DNA of 59,421 nt, counting the filler, from Dimargaris cristalligena (Eukaryota): NCBI GenBank assembly GCA_003614675.1. It is 4 parts of 4 records of this genome, joined end to end, with 100 filler letters (N's around TTAATTAATTAA, not from the genome) between each part and the next. Parts side by side here need not be neighbours in the genome. Positions count along the whole stretch, not along the records: positions 14,894 to 29,674 come from ML002932.1; positions 29,775 to 44,548 come from ML002933.1; 2 more parts are not named here. One strand, 5' to 3'. Made by a program: the position numbers and the translations under genes. The notes under the pieces were generated by a model, which was not told the DNA's origin, searched no databases, and worked only from the letters and a program-made list of their open reading frames with translations. Position 1 is the stretch's first letter, and each line of letters starts with the position of its first letter. Below are positions 23,738 to 37,596 of this stretch, one piece after another.

Positions 23738-24676
23738 ATAGAATGCTGCTATTGTGTATACCAGTGTGTGATGTTATGAGCACCGATGCCCCCCTCCCCC
23801 TCTGCCCTTCCACCCCTCCCTCGGTTCCGAAGATCAGGGCCGGGCCAGCTGTGCTCCGTATTCTCCCCTTTTTCTACCACTTTTTTTTTTCTTCTCATTA
23901 TTTCCCGTTTCTGTGTACACGTTTTGCGACATTGTCCCACCTACGACTTAGCTGATACCGGCCACTCTGAACGGTGGTAGGAACCATTTTCTTTGCGACG
24001 CCCCTTCTGAAATATATATATATATATATAATCCGTTATCATTCAACACCTTTATTATTATTATCATTCTTATTATTTGACTTCATACCATTTGGGCTGC
24101 TTCTGCCGAATCACAAGACTTTTATAAACTGAACCATTTCTGTTGAATGATAGTCGAGGGCTTCATTGCAGAGTTATAGGGGTTTGGTCGAACATGATTA
24201 CGGGTATAAGTATAATTCGTCAGGCCTGAATTCTCCTACCGTATTATGTGGCAGTGGAGAGCTAATACTGGCTGGACGGACACATCCATCTAACTCACGT
24301 GACCAATGGCTTACCCATACTAATTGCCTTTGGAGGTTGTCCCACAGTCCAGCAAAGAAGAAAAAAATGGCAAGCAAGACACTTCTTCTCCCTGTCTGCC
24401 AAATAATTGAGAAGAAGGGCAGAGGGGGAAAATCGCTTATTGGCATGAGGAACTACATGTAGAGAGCATGTATCGGCTAATAGCTAGAAAGGTCCCGACT
24501 TATTTTTCTGGAACAGCCTGATTGACATTTTCTGGAATTCCATCCTTCAGGTGTTTTTTCAATATATATATATATATATATATATATAATTCGACTTCTA
24601 TTTTTCAACCCACTTAGTCATTATACTTCACCAGCCTAACCGTCCTTTCCGTGTCTTCCTTGATAAACCTTTAGCC

Positions 24677-26814
24677 ATGTCGACGACTGAAGCCGACCAG
24701 AAGTACCTCGGTAAGTCCCTCCCGCTTTTTGAACAGTTGCTACGTCCTAAACCTCACTGAAATGGAGGCCGTCTGTTGTAGCCCACGGAAGCCAAGGCGA
24801 GCCGTGAACCAACTTGGTCCGCATCATTATATATATATAATAGATATATATATACTCCCTAAACTCACTTCCCAAATATACGGACTATGGCGACCTTACC
24901 CTCCCCCCCTACCTTTGGTTCCCTCTCCCTCGTAGACGCCCCCAAGCCGGTGTCCAAAAAGCGGGCCAACCGCAAGGAGAAGCCCTGGGATACCCCCGAC
25001 ATTAACAAATGGGAAATCGTCAAGATTTCGGCCGAGGATGTCAAGGGCTCGTTTACCGAAGAGTCGAGTTTCGCCACCCTGTTCCCCAAGTACCGGGAGG
25101 AGTACATTTCTAGTATCTGGCCCTTTGCGACCCAGGCCCTGAAGAAGCTGGTAAGTTAGGGCGGTTTTTTCACCTATCTAGGATTCTGGAGATTCTAATC
25201 GGTTCATTGCTGTTCCATGGGGGGGGGGTTCATTTCAAGGTAGTATGTCTGCCTGGGCTGGGATTTCCCCGATAATTGAAGGCCCCTCCGTACATTTATT
25301 ATGGCGTTAATGGCCGAGGCTGCTGCCTGCAATTGTCATACTTTGGCAGTTTCTCTACTATCTAGCCCGCGGCCGATTCTCATTCTTTGTCACTATATCC
25401 CTCGCCTCGTCATGTATGCATATTTGTCTAAATTTTAAAAACCCACAGGGAATTGCTAGCGAACTCGATACCGAAGAGGGCAGCATGACGGTGAAAACCA
25501 CCAACAAAACTTTTGACCCTTATATTATCCTGAAGGCCCGCGACCTTATCAAGCTGGTAGCCCGTGGTGTGCCCCTGGCCAACTCCCTCCGGGTTCTGGA
25601 GGATGAAGTAGTGTGTGACGTGATCAAGATTGGTAACTTGTTGCGCAACAAGGATCGCTTTATTAAACGCCGGGAGCGTATCCTGGGCCCTAATAAGAAC
25701 ACCCTGAAGGCCCTGGAGATTGTCACCGGCTGCCAACTGTTCGTTAGCGGTAATACCGTTTGCGCCATCGGGAACTACGTCGGTATTAAGGACGCGCGGC
25801 GGGTGGTGCTTGACTGCATGAACAATATTCACCCCATTCACCATATTAAGGTATGTGGCGATAGCACCTATCATTAGTTGGTTTATTTATTTGGGATTTA
25901 TGCGAGAACCTCGGGCTACATCACCAAGGGGATGTACCTCCTCTTTATCCAATTACACGGTGATATTTGGAGCTCATTTGGGTTAGATCTGGTGGCACTT
26001 TATTGCTGGGCTATTAGCATACCCCGCCTTACGGCTGTACGCACCACATTGGATACCACTAACTGGGATTATATAAGTATTTTTGGATTCCCTTGCCTTC
26101 TCCGTCCCCATGATTAGCAACTTATGATCAAGCGCGAATTGGCCAAGGACGAAAAACTCCGGGAGACCAACTGGGACCGCTTTTTGCCCCGCTTCAAGAA
26201 GAATAAGCAGCCCAAGTCGGCGCAGCCTAAGATCAAGAAGAGACAGAAGAAGGAATACGTGCCTTTCCCCCCGGCGCCTGCTCTCAGCAAGGTGGATCAA
26301 CAGCTCGAATCCGGTGAATACTTTATGAAGGCGGCGGATAAGGCCAAGGCCGACCAGGAGAAGAAGCGGGTAAGTATACTATATATATATATATATATTG
26401 GGTTGGGTTGGGTGGCCAGCTTTACGCTACAGACCAGCCTAATCAGTCCCCCCCCCCCTGGATGGTACAGTTGTACCCGACATTCGCTCACCTATCCCCC
26501 TCCCCCTTTCCTAATTTTGCCTACGAATAATTCCATGTCAACAGGAGAAACAAATCGAGAATTCCATGAAGCGGTACGAGGAGCGCCAGAAGGCCTTTAT
26601 TGCCCCGGATGAAGCCACCGCTGACCACAAACGCAAGCGGGACCAGACGCCGGCTGACCGCACCCAGGAGAACCAAAATGCCATTGAACAGCTGCGCCAG
26701 AAGTTCGCCCAAGAAGGCAAGCAGAAATCCAAATCCCGTCGCACCGGTGAACAATCCGGCCACTTCGGTAAGACTATCCGGATGGACGAGGTGCAGGACT
26801 ACATTGGCTCGTGA
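24677..26814 (+). CDS. KRR1: 40S ribosome biogenesis KH-domain protein Krr1
   Basis: Exons 24677-24710, 24936-25150, 25449-25850, 26118-26369 and 26545-26814. Motifs [43 protein letters not shown] and [10 protein letters not shown]. Confidence 0.96.
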
Positions 26815-27489
26815 TATCCTCCTGTCCGTTTAAGTACCGCACCTAGTCCCCTGGCTTCGACCTCGAATTCGATGGCTCACGGTGGCCCATCCTTTTAATA
26901 AAGTCAGTTAGCTTCTGTTAGTATGTGGGTATTAGTTGGATTGAATTTGAAACGAGCGGATATTCATAATTAGTCATATGTTGGTGGTTTAGCATGTTAT
27001 TTTTACCGGGCTATTACATTACATTGAAGCCCATATATTAGCAGTTATATAAGGCACTTTGGATGAGTTCCTGGGTAAAGGGCTAGGTGTGGTGTGTATC
27101 AATGAAAACCGTATAGCGGGTAATTAGGAAGGGGCTGTCTCCCCAATAATCAATTGGGATTAGATTAGATGCAAGGGGGGAGGAATGTGTCTATTGGCTC
27201 TCACAATATCGGTATATATATCAATATATCCCTTACACACCGCCACGGCTCTTTTTTTCGTTCTTTTCTGCACCACAGTCCAACCACAACCTCCCACAGT
27301 CCTCACTTTAGATAATTAAGGGTAGGAGGAGTCCCCCAAGTGCCGCAGTATCCTCACTTTGCTTCTCTCCTACTCTTCTCCACACTTGGCCTTCTACTCG
27401 AAGCCCGCCCACCTGCTGCTCTTATATTTACCTCTCTCACACTGCTTCCTGAGCTAGTGTAAACTGGGGTCAGGTCAAGTGGGTGCCCC

Positions 27490-28424
27490 ATGCGTTATTC
27501 AAGTTCACTAAAGCGTAGTCGATCCTACCACGATTCCCCCGAAGAACAGCCCCACAAGACAAGTCGCACTACCGTCTCCAAAGGCCCAGTTCTGGAAGCC
27601 GTCGAAATGAACTCCCTACTCCGAATCGTCCGAGTTCATGCTAAGGCCAGGGTCCCCATTCGGAGTACTCCCGGTGCTGCCGGGTACGACCTCTGCAGGT
27701 TAGTAAGGTGAAAGCCCCATAATACCGGGTGTTATAGTATTTTCTAGCGAAGCGCTCGGGCCTATACAAAGCAATGGCGCATCTAGTTGGTCTTATAGCC
27801 TACTAGACTACTGCCCATTTCCTCGATTCTCCTGCCACTACGCATATATATCAATATTGCCTGTATATAATATTTCCCCAGCAGTGGTCTATTATTTTGA
27901 TGAAATTTGAATCTAGGGGATGGGTAAATCCCCCCAGCTGGTTCTCGCCACTATTTGCTACGCGTTGATTATTCTTCCTGCGATTCCAATTAGCCACTCA
28001 CCGTTTTAATCCTCTAACCTCCCCTCCCGTCTATCCAATGGTATGCGCCCTCCCTCTATTCGACCACCCCAGTGCCGTGGATACTACCATTGCGCCCAAT
28101 TCCCGCGGCCTCGTCAATACCGGCCTTATCATCCAGGTGCCCCAGGGCACTTACGGCCGTGTAGCCCCGCGTAGTGGCCTCACGCTAAAACACTTCATCG
28201 ACACCGGGGCCGGAGTTATTGATGAGGATTACCGGGGTGAGCTCAAGGTGGTCCTATTCAATTTCGGGGACCAGCCGTTTCACATAAGGACAGGCGATCG
28301 AATTGCCCAGTTGATTCTGGAAAAGATAATGACCCCCGGCGTCATTGAGGTGCCGACCCTCGATTCCACAGATCGGGGATCCGGAGGGTTTGGTTCTACG
28401 GGTGGGTCAGGTACTAGTTCATAG
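27490..28424 (+). CDS. DUT1: dUTP pyrophosphatase (trimeric dUTPase)
   Basis: Exons 27490-27698 and 28073-28424. All five motifs present: [31 protein letters not shown] and [10 protein letters not shown]. Confidence 0.96.
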
Positions 28425-29674
28425 CCCAGGGCCCATCCTGGATATCCTTTTAATTTATAGTCGCTACTATACCTTTACTGCATCATATCTGCGTTGTTAT
28501 TTATTCGATATTCGACCAGATCCAGACGTTTAAAGCTAATCAGGACTGAAGCCCCCAAATCATTCCCGAATATTGTTATTGTAAATGATGGCATACGTTG
28601 CCTGGGCCTTGATTCGGTTAGTTAGCTATCGAATCATTATTATTACAAGGAACTAGCCGTACAAAGGGATGGTTATAGTAGTGTATGGGTATATCACAGT
28701 AGACAGTAGTTTTTAAATATATATATATACATATCTATAATGAATAATTGTGTATTCCTGTAATCCCAACCTAATCGGGGTTATCCCTGCAGGGGGCTTC
28801 AGCAGATATGGCGAGCTAGTTTTGCAATGGGCATACCTGCAGCATTCAGTTGGCGGAATAGGGTGGCTATGGTGGCACTCACAAACCAACATATGGGCCA
28901 TTATGGATAGGATGGTCTTGTATTTATCGATTCTTGACGATGTCCTTTTGTTTAAACCAACCATGTTTTTTAGGGGGACAGTGAAAAGGGGGCTGAATCA
29001 TGGCCAAATATTGTTTTCATGATTGATCACTAAATATTATTTTGATTCAATAGCCACGGAAAATAGAGAATCGAGCCATGCTTTTAAAATAATGCCTATT
29101 AGAAAGGCAGCCCCCGCCTCTATCATGATTTACTCCTAAAATTATCCCATCAAACACACTATTATACCCCAACTCTCCTCACAGATAATGGTTACTCAAT
29201 AAAACGCATAGCAGAGTGAATTCTACACAACTCTTACAAGTTTCTTCACTTTCATTTACTTCGATAACTAAGACTTTGCATTTAGTTATAACCGTTAATT
29301 CTAACAAAACTAACTTAGGATCTTTTAGACAATACTTATCTACTATTTACTTCTTTATCTCAGCGTTTATGGGTTGTAACTGTTTCCCAATTTTCAGCCT
29401 AGGAATGGGCACTTGATTTGGTCCGGGAATGATTACATTACTACAACTGTGGAATAATAGCAGGTCACCTATTGCAGTATGTAGCAGTAATTGTATTGTT
29501 AATCCCCGTCAGATTTTCTTAACCATGGACTAGATGACTAAAAACACATTGCCTGGTTACTGCTAAAGTACAGTCACCCTGGCCTATGTCCTTTTAAATA
29601 CTAGTGTATGAGTCACATATGCCAACAGTGACTGGGGGGTGTATGGTAGGGATATCCAAGTAAGCGTACACCAG

Positions 29675-29774
29675 NNNNNNNNNNNNNNNNNNNNNNNNNN
29701 NNNNNNNNNNNNNNNNNNTTAATTAATTAANNNNNNNNNNNNNNNNNNNNNNNNNNNNNNNNNNNNNNNNNNNN
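29675..29774. other. Artificial contig spacer N44-TTAATTAATTAA-N44
   Basis: Same 100-bp linker as at 14794. Confidence 0.97.
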
Positions 29775-30522
29775 GGATGATTTGGGCACTCACGTCAATG
29801 ACCTCGGACGCCTGGGTGGGGAACGTGGCTACCTTGGCCACGATGGGTAGGAGGGAGCCGGGCGTCGCGAGGGACTGCCACTGCGCCTGTTCCATCATAT
29901 GGACCATCCCGGGGAGGTTGGGCGACTGCGGGCTGCTGTAGAGCACCGCGTAGTTGAACGCCGTGGTCGTGTTCGTATTTGTGTTCGTGTTCGTATCCGA
30001 GTTGGCACTGGTCTCCTCCCGGAGCGAGCGCAGGTACAACCCCACGGTGGGCTGGCGAGGAGTATAGCTGCGGTCCCGGTTCTTGTGAATGACTTCCTGG
30101 CGCTGGTATTCCTGAATGGCGTCTAGGGACTCGAAACGACTGAAGTTGACGGCCCGGGGGGTCGGCATATTAATGAGCCCCTGCAACTGGGTCTGCAGGC
30201 GGGACCAGGGGAAGTCGAAGGAGGCAGGGTCTTGGAGCACGTAGGGCAGCAGGGCGTTAGTAGGTAAAGTGGACCCGGCGAGGGGGAAGTTGGCCACATC
30301 ACCCGCCTTGAGTTCGGGCAAGTCCACTAGCTTCCCGGCCAGAATGCCAATGAACACGGTGAAGACCGGGAAGATGACCCCAATGAACAGGGCCATGGGC
30401 GAACGGCGCAGGGTGGTGACATGGATGCTTAGCAGGGCGCGGAACTGGCGGAAGACGGAAGGGGGCGGTGACCCAGCAGTACCAGGGGTGTGGACGTCCG
30501 CCAGCAGGTTGTGCTGTGACAT
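29775..30522 (-). CDS. ABCA-subfamily transporter, N-terminal part (truncated by contig end)
   Basis: FRQFRALL....TLRRSP followed by a first TM helix (ALFIGVIFPVFTVFIGIL) and a large extracellular loop, which is the ABCA N-terminal architecture. The nucleotide-binding domain is not in the window. Confidence 0.65.
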
Positions 30523-32462
30523 GGTACCTGGAATAGTAGGACAAGAAAAAAGAGGAGCACAGTACCCGAAGGGGGGCGGGGAAGTCAAATAATACCCTCT
30601 ATAAAGAAATTAAACCATATAAAAGGCGGGAACGTAGGTAGGGAGGCAAAATATACAGCCAAGGGATGCGAAACGGAGAGATATGGCAGTTGACTGGGCA
30701 AAAAAACGCTGGACACGAGGAACTAATCCAATGATGTTATAAGGATAGTGCCCTAAATAGCACACCCGGGAATGAGTATAAATAATACACGGAAGCGGTC
30801 TTGGCAAACAATTCGGATCTTGTTGTTTAGCCCACACCCTAGTCCAAAGCAAACGGCGGCGGTGCTGGGGAGATCTCGGAGGGAGCTAGTTGATCATGGT
30901 TGTTTTTCAACCGACCTGGTAGCTATAAGTAATTGCTTGACGGACATCAGAAGGTATTGAAGTATTTTAGCATACCTTGGGTAGTTCGCCTCAGGCGTTC
31001 TTGGCATTCCAAACCGCAAGGATTTCTACCCTAATCAAAAGGGAGGCACTCCGCTCCCCCGAAAAATAAACCATTTAGTTGGACTATACAATTAAAACTC
31101 CTCGACTGGGCTAAGTTCCCTCAGATACAAACAGATATCTGCACCCCCCACCTTCTCGTTTCTGGCCATACCGGTTGTTTTAAATGGCTGTGCTGGTTGT
31201 TTTCCACTTTCCAATGGACCAATGTGAAGCAGTGGTGGTCGATAAACCACGGTTTTCTGCCGCATTGGGCCACACTGTAGGAGCGATTCTAGAATGACGA
31301 CTGGCTTAGCTACTTTACCCCTATTGGATTGAGTAGCAGGCCGGTTAAAAATAGCAGGATCCGCACAAGATTCGGTCGCCGAGCTGATCATTCGCTATTC
31401 GAACCTTCGTCTGCACCACGCCCCCCAAAATTTCCATGAATTAAATACAGTCCTCACTATTGTGAGGGCGTGGTTCTTTTTAGAACTTGGTCAATAGCTC
31501 ACTAATCACCTCGGAAACACCACTAACAGAAGGGGAAGATGCTCAGAGATGGGAGCCCTAAATATCAAATTAGGCGATAGGGCTCCACGGGTAGTTGGAT
31601 AAATAAACGCTCTCAGTGTAAAGTCCGCTTGGTAGCTGAGAGAATGGCGGTTCGGGAGGAGTTTGGGCTTGGCGTTTGGATAATTCATTGTGTGGTGGCC
31701 GCCTTTACTTAGCTTAGGGTGAATTGGATGAGCCCGTCCGTACTCTTCCTGTGTGTATTTATTCACAAGCAGGTGTCTTTCGCGTGCCAGTCGGCTTTAA
31801 CCTGTCGGAGAACTCCATTCCAGAATGAACATAGTCACTCACGCGCCGGTAAACAATAGGCGATATACTTTAATGGTTGTATTGGTACTGAACGTGCTTC
31901 GGTCATTTGCCCGCAACTATTCTCACCAACAACGTCATGGTAGAGTCGCGTTTGCAATGGTGGTTGCTTGGTAGCAATGGGCCCCCCGATAGCATAAACC
32001 GGTTCTTTTTGACGATACTTGCCAAGGCTATTACAGCTGAGAACTGGGTAAATATATAGCGAGAATATCTATCTGCAAATGGGTTGATTGACCAAATGGG
32101 GCAGCGCTTGGTCGGTAGAGCGGTGCATTACATGGGGCCGGGCCATTGAAGGGTAGCAAATAGATGCCGCCCGTTCGGCATTGCTTGGCATTATTCAATA
32201 TCTGGAATAGTTTGACAATAGTTACAACAGCCCTGGGCTACTGGCTCACCTGCGCGGATTAGGACACAATTGGCGAGGTGCCCTCCTGGTAGCCCTACTG
32301 TATCAGGCAGGGGATGTGCCCCATAGACCTACAGTACTAAACAAAGTGGTACCTCATCCTAAGCGATAGATTTAGCCACGTGACCATAAAAATAGGTCAC
32401 TTACTCCAACCTTTTGTCAGACTGGAAGAGAGGGAAGGACATCTCATATACTATGCATATTT

Positions 32463-32486
32463 CTCTCTCTCTCTCTCTCTCTCTCT
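32463..32486 (+). repeat. (CT)n microsatellite upstream of RBG1
   Basis: Tandem CT units, read directly. Confidence 0.85.
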
Positions 32487-32761
32487 GGCATTGTCGTAAT
32501 AACTTGACTGTGGTGAGAAGACCCGCCTAATATCCCACTCCGAACCTTTTGCTAGGTTTTTACAAGCAGTTGCGATCGCCGGATAGATTACTTTTGGATT
32601 CCCCCAGCAAGGCGATCTCTATTCGGTTCATCTCTATTCGCTTGGAGTCCATCTCTTTAGCCAGCCAACCACATCCTCTTTCAGAACCTTGAGTTGTTTT
32701 ATTTTATTTTATTCATTTTTCGTTCTATCCCACACTCTTTCAACACCAGCAAGCTTCCACC

Positions 32762-33865
32762 ATGACGACCGTCGAGAAAATCCGGGAGATCGAGTCCGAA
32801 ATGGCCCGGACCCAGAAGAACAAGGCCACCTCATTCCATTTGGGTATCCTCAAAGCCAAGCTCGCCAAACTAAAGCGGGAGCTGTTGACCCCCAAGGGTT
32901 CCAGCGGCGGCGGGGAGGGCGTAGGGTTTGATGTGGCCAAGACGGGGGTGGCCCGGGTGGGCTTCATCGGGTTCCCTTCGGTGGGCAAATCCACGCTCAT
33001 GTCCAAACTCACGGGGACTTATTCCGAAGTGGGTGAGTACGAATTCACCACCCTGACCACCGTACCCGGTATGGTGCAAATCAAGGGTGCCAAGGTGCAG
33101 CTGCTGGATCTGCCCGGTATTATCGAAGGAGCCAAGGACGGTAAAGGGCGGGGTCGGCAGGTCATTGCCGTGGCCCGGACCTGTTCGCTCATTTTCCTCG
33201 TGCTCGATGTGCTTAAGCCCCTCACCGACAAGCATGTCATTGAGAAGGAACTGGAAGGGTTCGGCATTCGGCTCAACCGCCAACCCCCCAATATCTACTT
33301 CAAGAAGAAGGAGAAGGGTGGCATCAACATGACCAGCACCGTGCCGCTGACCCACCTGGACTTGGACCAAGTAAAGGCCGTCTTGTCCGAATACAAAATC
33401 CACAACGCTGACGTGAGTCTCAAGTGCGACGCCACCGTCGATGATTTGATCGATGTGATTGAAGGGAACCGGGTCTACATGCCCGCCATTTACGTGCTCA
33501 ACAAAATCGACCAGATTTCCATCCAGGAACTCGATTTAGTGTACAAGATTCCGCACGCCGTGCCCATCTCGGCCCACCACGAGTGGAACTTCGACGAGCT
33601 GCTGGATATGATGTGGGAGTACCTGGACTTGGTCCGTGTGTACACCAAACCGAAGGGCCAACTGCCCGACTACAACGAACCGGTAGTGCTCAAGCGGGAC
33701 CACTGCAGCGTGGAGGATTTCTGTAACACCATCCACAAGGCCATTCTCAAGCAGTTCAGCTATGGTCTCGTCTGGGGTTCGTCGGTCAAGCACAATCCCC
33801 AGAAGGTCGGTAGGGATCACATCCTCAAGGACGAAGACGTAGTTCAGATTGTCAAGAAAGTTTAA
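32762..33865 (+). CDS. RBG1: Developmentally regulated GTP-binding protein 1 (Rbg1/DRG1)
   Basis: Intronless 367-aa ORF with [16 protein letters not shown]1 [21 protein letters not shown] and a C-terminal TGS domain. Confidence 0.97.
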   Translation: MTTVEKIREIESEMARTQKNKATSFHLGILKAKLAKLKRELLTPKGSSGGGEGVGFDVAKTGVARVGFIGFPSVGKSTLMSKLTGTYSEVGEYEFTTLTTVPGMVQIKGAKVQLLDLPGIIEGAKDGKGRGRQVIAVARTCSLIFLVLDVLKPLTDKHVIEKELEGFGIRLNRQPPNIYFKKKEKGGINMTSTVPLTHLDLDQVKAVLSEYKIHNADVSLKCDATVDDLIDVIEGNRVYMPAIYVLNKIDQISIQELDLVYKIPHAVPISAHHEWNFDELLDMMWEYLDLVRVYTKPKGQLPDYNEPVVLKRDHCSVEDFCNTIHKAILKQFSYGLVWGSSVKHNPQKVGRDHILKDEDVVQIVKKV

Positions 33866-34395
33866 GCCGAGAATCTCCTGGATGCGGGGGGATGCTATCT
33901 TTCTATTCCATTTTTATTATTACTGTTTGAATAAATATATAAATATATATATATATATATAAGTTTGGATTGGATTGGTGGAAATGAATCGAGCCCAAGG
34001 AGACTATTAGGTCCTCGTTAGCTTCGTTATACCGCTTGCTCAAAATCCCTCAGTCCCTGCAAAGGACTCCCTCGTCAATATCTAATAAATCCCGGTGGAG
34101 GTGGTACGTAGCCCCACTATATTCGTTACAGAACCTAGTTGCCCAGGTTGGTTATATAAACATGCTGGGTGAAGATCATGGTCTTAATATTGAAGGGAGA
34201 TGGGGCTCTGGGTTGGTGCAATGATGATAAAGTTGATGATATATTATTGGTGGTAGGGCAGCTGGGCTGGCTTGGTAGGAGTTGTAAATACGGCGGAGGC
34301 TGATTGGGTGGCTGGTGATTCAACCCGTTTCAGTGGGCTACATGTAGAAGGAAGGGGAGTAGAGCCGCCCTGTTGGTTAATACGGTGGAAATAGC

Positions 34396-34527
34396 CTAGT
34401 TCTGCTTAGCGTGTTCCTCGCTGGGCTGGATGTCGCCATTGGCCATTACGCCGTACACGAATATGAGGGCAATGACCAACACACTGGCAATGTTGATGGC
34501 GGCGGTCAGTTGGGTGTCGGTTATCAT
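34396..34527 (-). CDS. OST4: Oligosaccharyltransferase subunit Ost4 (43-aa microprotein)
   Basis: Translates to MITDTQLTAAINIASVLVIALIFVYGVMANGDIQPSEEHAKQN. The MI[TS]D.QL start plus a single TM helix is the OST4 signature. Start context is ACCACC-ATG. Too short for the ORF track. Confidence 0.8.
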   Translation of the reverse strand: MITDTQLTAAINIASVLVIALIFVYGVMANGDIQPSEEHAKQN

Positions 34528-35031
34528 GGTGGTCGAAACGGCAGCTGGGGGACTGATGGGAGGGAGGCAGGACTAGACTACGGAAAGAACAAGCGGGGAG
34601 CTGAGAGGGAATGGATGAGATGGGAGAAGACTCGACACATTGGTAGAAAAGCGCTGGCTTGGTGAAGGATAGCGCATATGTGCATACACATACACACTAC
34701 TACACCCGTGGACTGCGCGGGTGGGGGTTTTTTCTTAAGCCTGGCGAATTCATATACCATCATCATACCAAGTCAGAGGGCGGAGTAGTTTAGTTGCTAA
34801 GGGGAGAAGTGTTGGTCGTCGGGGCTGTGGATCTGCCTCGCTCGTTCAGGTGAAGCTGACCAACCTTACTTCAAGCGCACCTCATCTACTTCTCGAGCCA
34901 TTCGCCGTGCCCTTTCTCCCTCTACTCATTCGCCTTGATCACTCTCCATTCCTTTATTTGGCCCTGCGAGTGTCTTAACCGGATCCCCACTTCTTTGTCT
35001 TTCCCTTATCTAAGCCATCTCTATTGCCATA

Positions 35032-36903
35032 ATGCAGGCCCCGGTTATTGTTCTTAGTAAGTCGTCAGGTCCTAAACGAGGGTTTATTCTCGCTCCGCTA
35101 CCGCCCGGGGGAACCCTGGTGAACAGCCAACCCAGGCTGCCTACTCGACCTAGCGGGTCAGCGGATTATATGCTACTATTAGTCTACTTTCGGCCAGTTC
35201 AAATCACCTTCGTGCCCTAACCCCCACATCCTCTCTCTCTCTTTCTCTTTTTCTTTGCTCTAACTTTGTTATCGCTGCTTTGCTCTCCCTCAGATACCAA
35301 CACCCAGCGGGAAACTGGCCGCAAGGCCCAGTACTCCAACATAACCGCCGCCAAAACCGTGGCGGATATCATCCGTACCTGCCTGGGCCCTCGCTCCATG
35401 CTCAAGATGCTGCTTGATCCCATGGGCGGTATTGTTCTCACCAACGACGGTAATGCCATTCTGCGTGAAGTCGAGGTGGCCCACCCCGCCGCCAAGAGCA
35501 TGATCGAGCTCAGCCGTACCCAGGACGAGGAAGTCGGTGACGGTACCACTTCCGTGATCATTCTGGCCGGTGAAATGCTGGCCACCGCCGCCCCGTTCCT
35601 GGAACGCAATATCCACCCCATTGTGATCCTGTCCGCTTTCCGGGATGCCCTGAACGACGCCATTAAGGTGCTCGAGGAAATCAGTGTCCCCGTGGACGTA
35701 AACAACCGCCAAGAGATGCTTAAATTGGTCAAGAGCTCGCTCGGTACCAAGTTCGTCTCTCGCTGGAGCGACCTCATGTGCGGCCTGGCTTTGGATGCCG
35801 TGCAGACCGTGGCTTGCGAACAGGCCGGTCGTCAGCAGGTCGACATCAAGCGCTACGCTCGTATCGAAAAAATCCCCGGTGGTGAGATTGAACAGTCCCA
35901 GGTCCTGGACGGTGTGATGCTCAATAAGGATGTGACCCACCCCAAGATGAAGCGCCGCATCGAAAACCCCCGCATTGTGCTGCTGGACTGCCCCCTGGAA
36001 TACAAGAAGGGTGAAAGTCAGACCAACATCGAAATCTCCAAGGAGGCCGACTGGAACCGGATTCTGCAGATCGAAGAGGAACAGATCAAGCAAATGTGCG
36101 AACACATCCTGTCCGTCAAGCCCGACCTGGTCATGACCGAGAAGGGCGTGTCCGACCTGGCTCAGCATTTCCTGATGAAGGCCAACGTCACCGTCTTGCG
36201 CCGGGTCAAGAAATCCGATAACAACCGTATCGCCCGTGCCGTCGGGGCCGTGATTGTTAACCGGGTGGAGGAGCTGAAGGAAGAGGATGTGGGTACCGGC
36301 TGCGGTCTGTTCAACATTGATAAGATTGGTGACGAATACTACACCTTCCTAACCAAGTGCCGCAACCCCAAGGCCTGTACCATTCTGCTCCGGGGCCCGT
36401 CCAAGGATATCCTGTCCGAGGTCGACCGTAACTTGCAGGATGCCATGTCGGTGGCCCGGAATATGTTCTTCAGCCCCCGCCTCGTGCCCGGAGGGGGTGC
36501 TTCGGAGATGGCCATCAGCGTCCGGCTGGCCGAACGGGCCAAGGGCCTGGAGGGCACCCAACAGTGGCCCTACGCCGGGGTGGGTGAAGCCCTCGAAGTG
36601 ATCCCGCGTACCCTCATCCAGAACTGCGGTGGTAACCCCATCAAGATCCTGACCCAGCTGCGCGCCCAACACGCCAACGGCAACCACACGTTCGGCGTGG
36701 ACGGATGTGCTGGCAAGGTCGTGGATATGCGCGAATACGGGGTGTGGGAACCCTTCGCCGTGAAGGTCCAGACCCTCAAAACCGCCATTGAGTCGGCGTC
36801 TCTGCTGCTCCGCGTCGATGACATTGTGTCGGGTGTGTCCCGTAAGAAGGAAAGCGGTGGTGCTCCTCAGGGCCCTCCGGAGGGTGCCATGCCCGAGCAA
36901 TAG
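35032..36903 (+). CDS. CCT3: T-complex protein 1 subunit gamma (CCT3)
   Basis: Exons 35032-35056 and 35294-36903 give MQAPVIVLNTNTQRETGRKAQ. Contains GDGTTSV, DIKRYARIEKIPGG and LEYKKGESQTNIE. Confidence 0.97.
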
Positions 36904-37596
36904 AATGTCTTGGGTAAATAATAACCTGGTTCTATTTCACAGCCTTGGTTGTGTTCTCCAGGGACTTTTCACCACATACAGTCTTTTTACTTACCTCAGG
37001 TTCCTCCGACATTGATAAAAAAATAATCAAACAAGCAGATAGTTTTACTCCATCGTAATGCACCTTGTAACTTGCACCACTCCACTTTTTTTCTTACCAA
37101 GGCGGTGTTTTTTCCCTTTCCTTACCTTTCACTTTGTTAATGTGAGCCGCAAGTCTATTTTCTCACACCTCTATATTTTTTTCCGCTCTGCGATCTTCAT
37201 TAAATTGCCCATTTTAGGATGACAGCTATAACCCTCTATTTTGCCTTCGAAAAAGGCTGGAATGGACCCTCCGCTCTATGCCCCATACCGGGCCTTGTTC
37301 CAGTGCGGTAATAATAAAAACTCATTTTTATATCCGAATTAGGTGGTCCAACAAACCGGATTTTCCCGCCAACTCCCCCCCCTCATAGCATTAGTCCACT
37401 CCAGGTAGTTCATTAAATTCTTAACACCAATTTTAGCGTGGTTGGGTTTTAAGGGAATGCCCTGTGACTCTTGCTCACCCGCATTACTGACTTTTGTATT
37501 CGCTCATTTATCTTATTTTTGTATTTAGACATTTCCCTTTCGTCGAACCGCTCCATTTCTTTTACCCTTCGCCAAACAAGTCCCTCCTGAAACACC

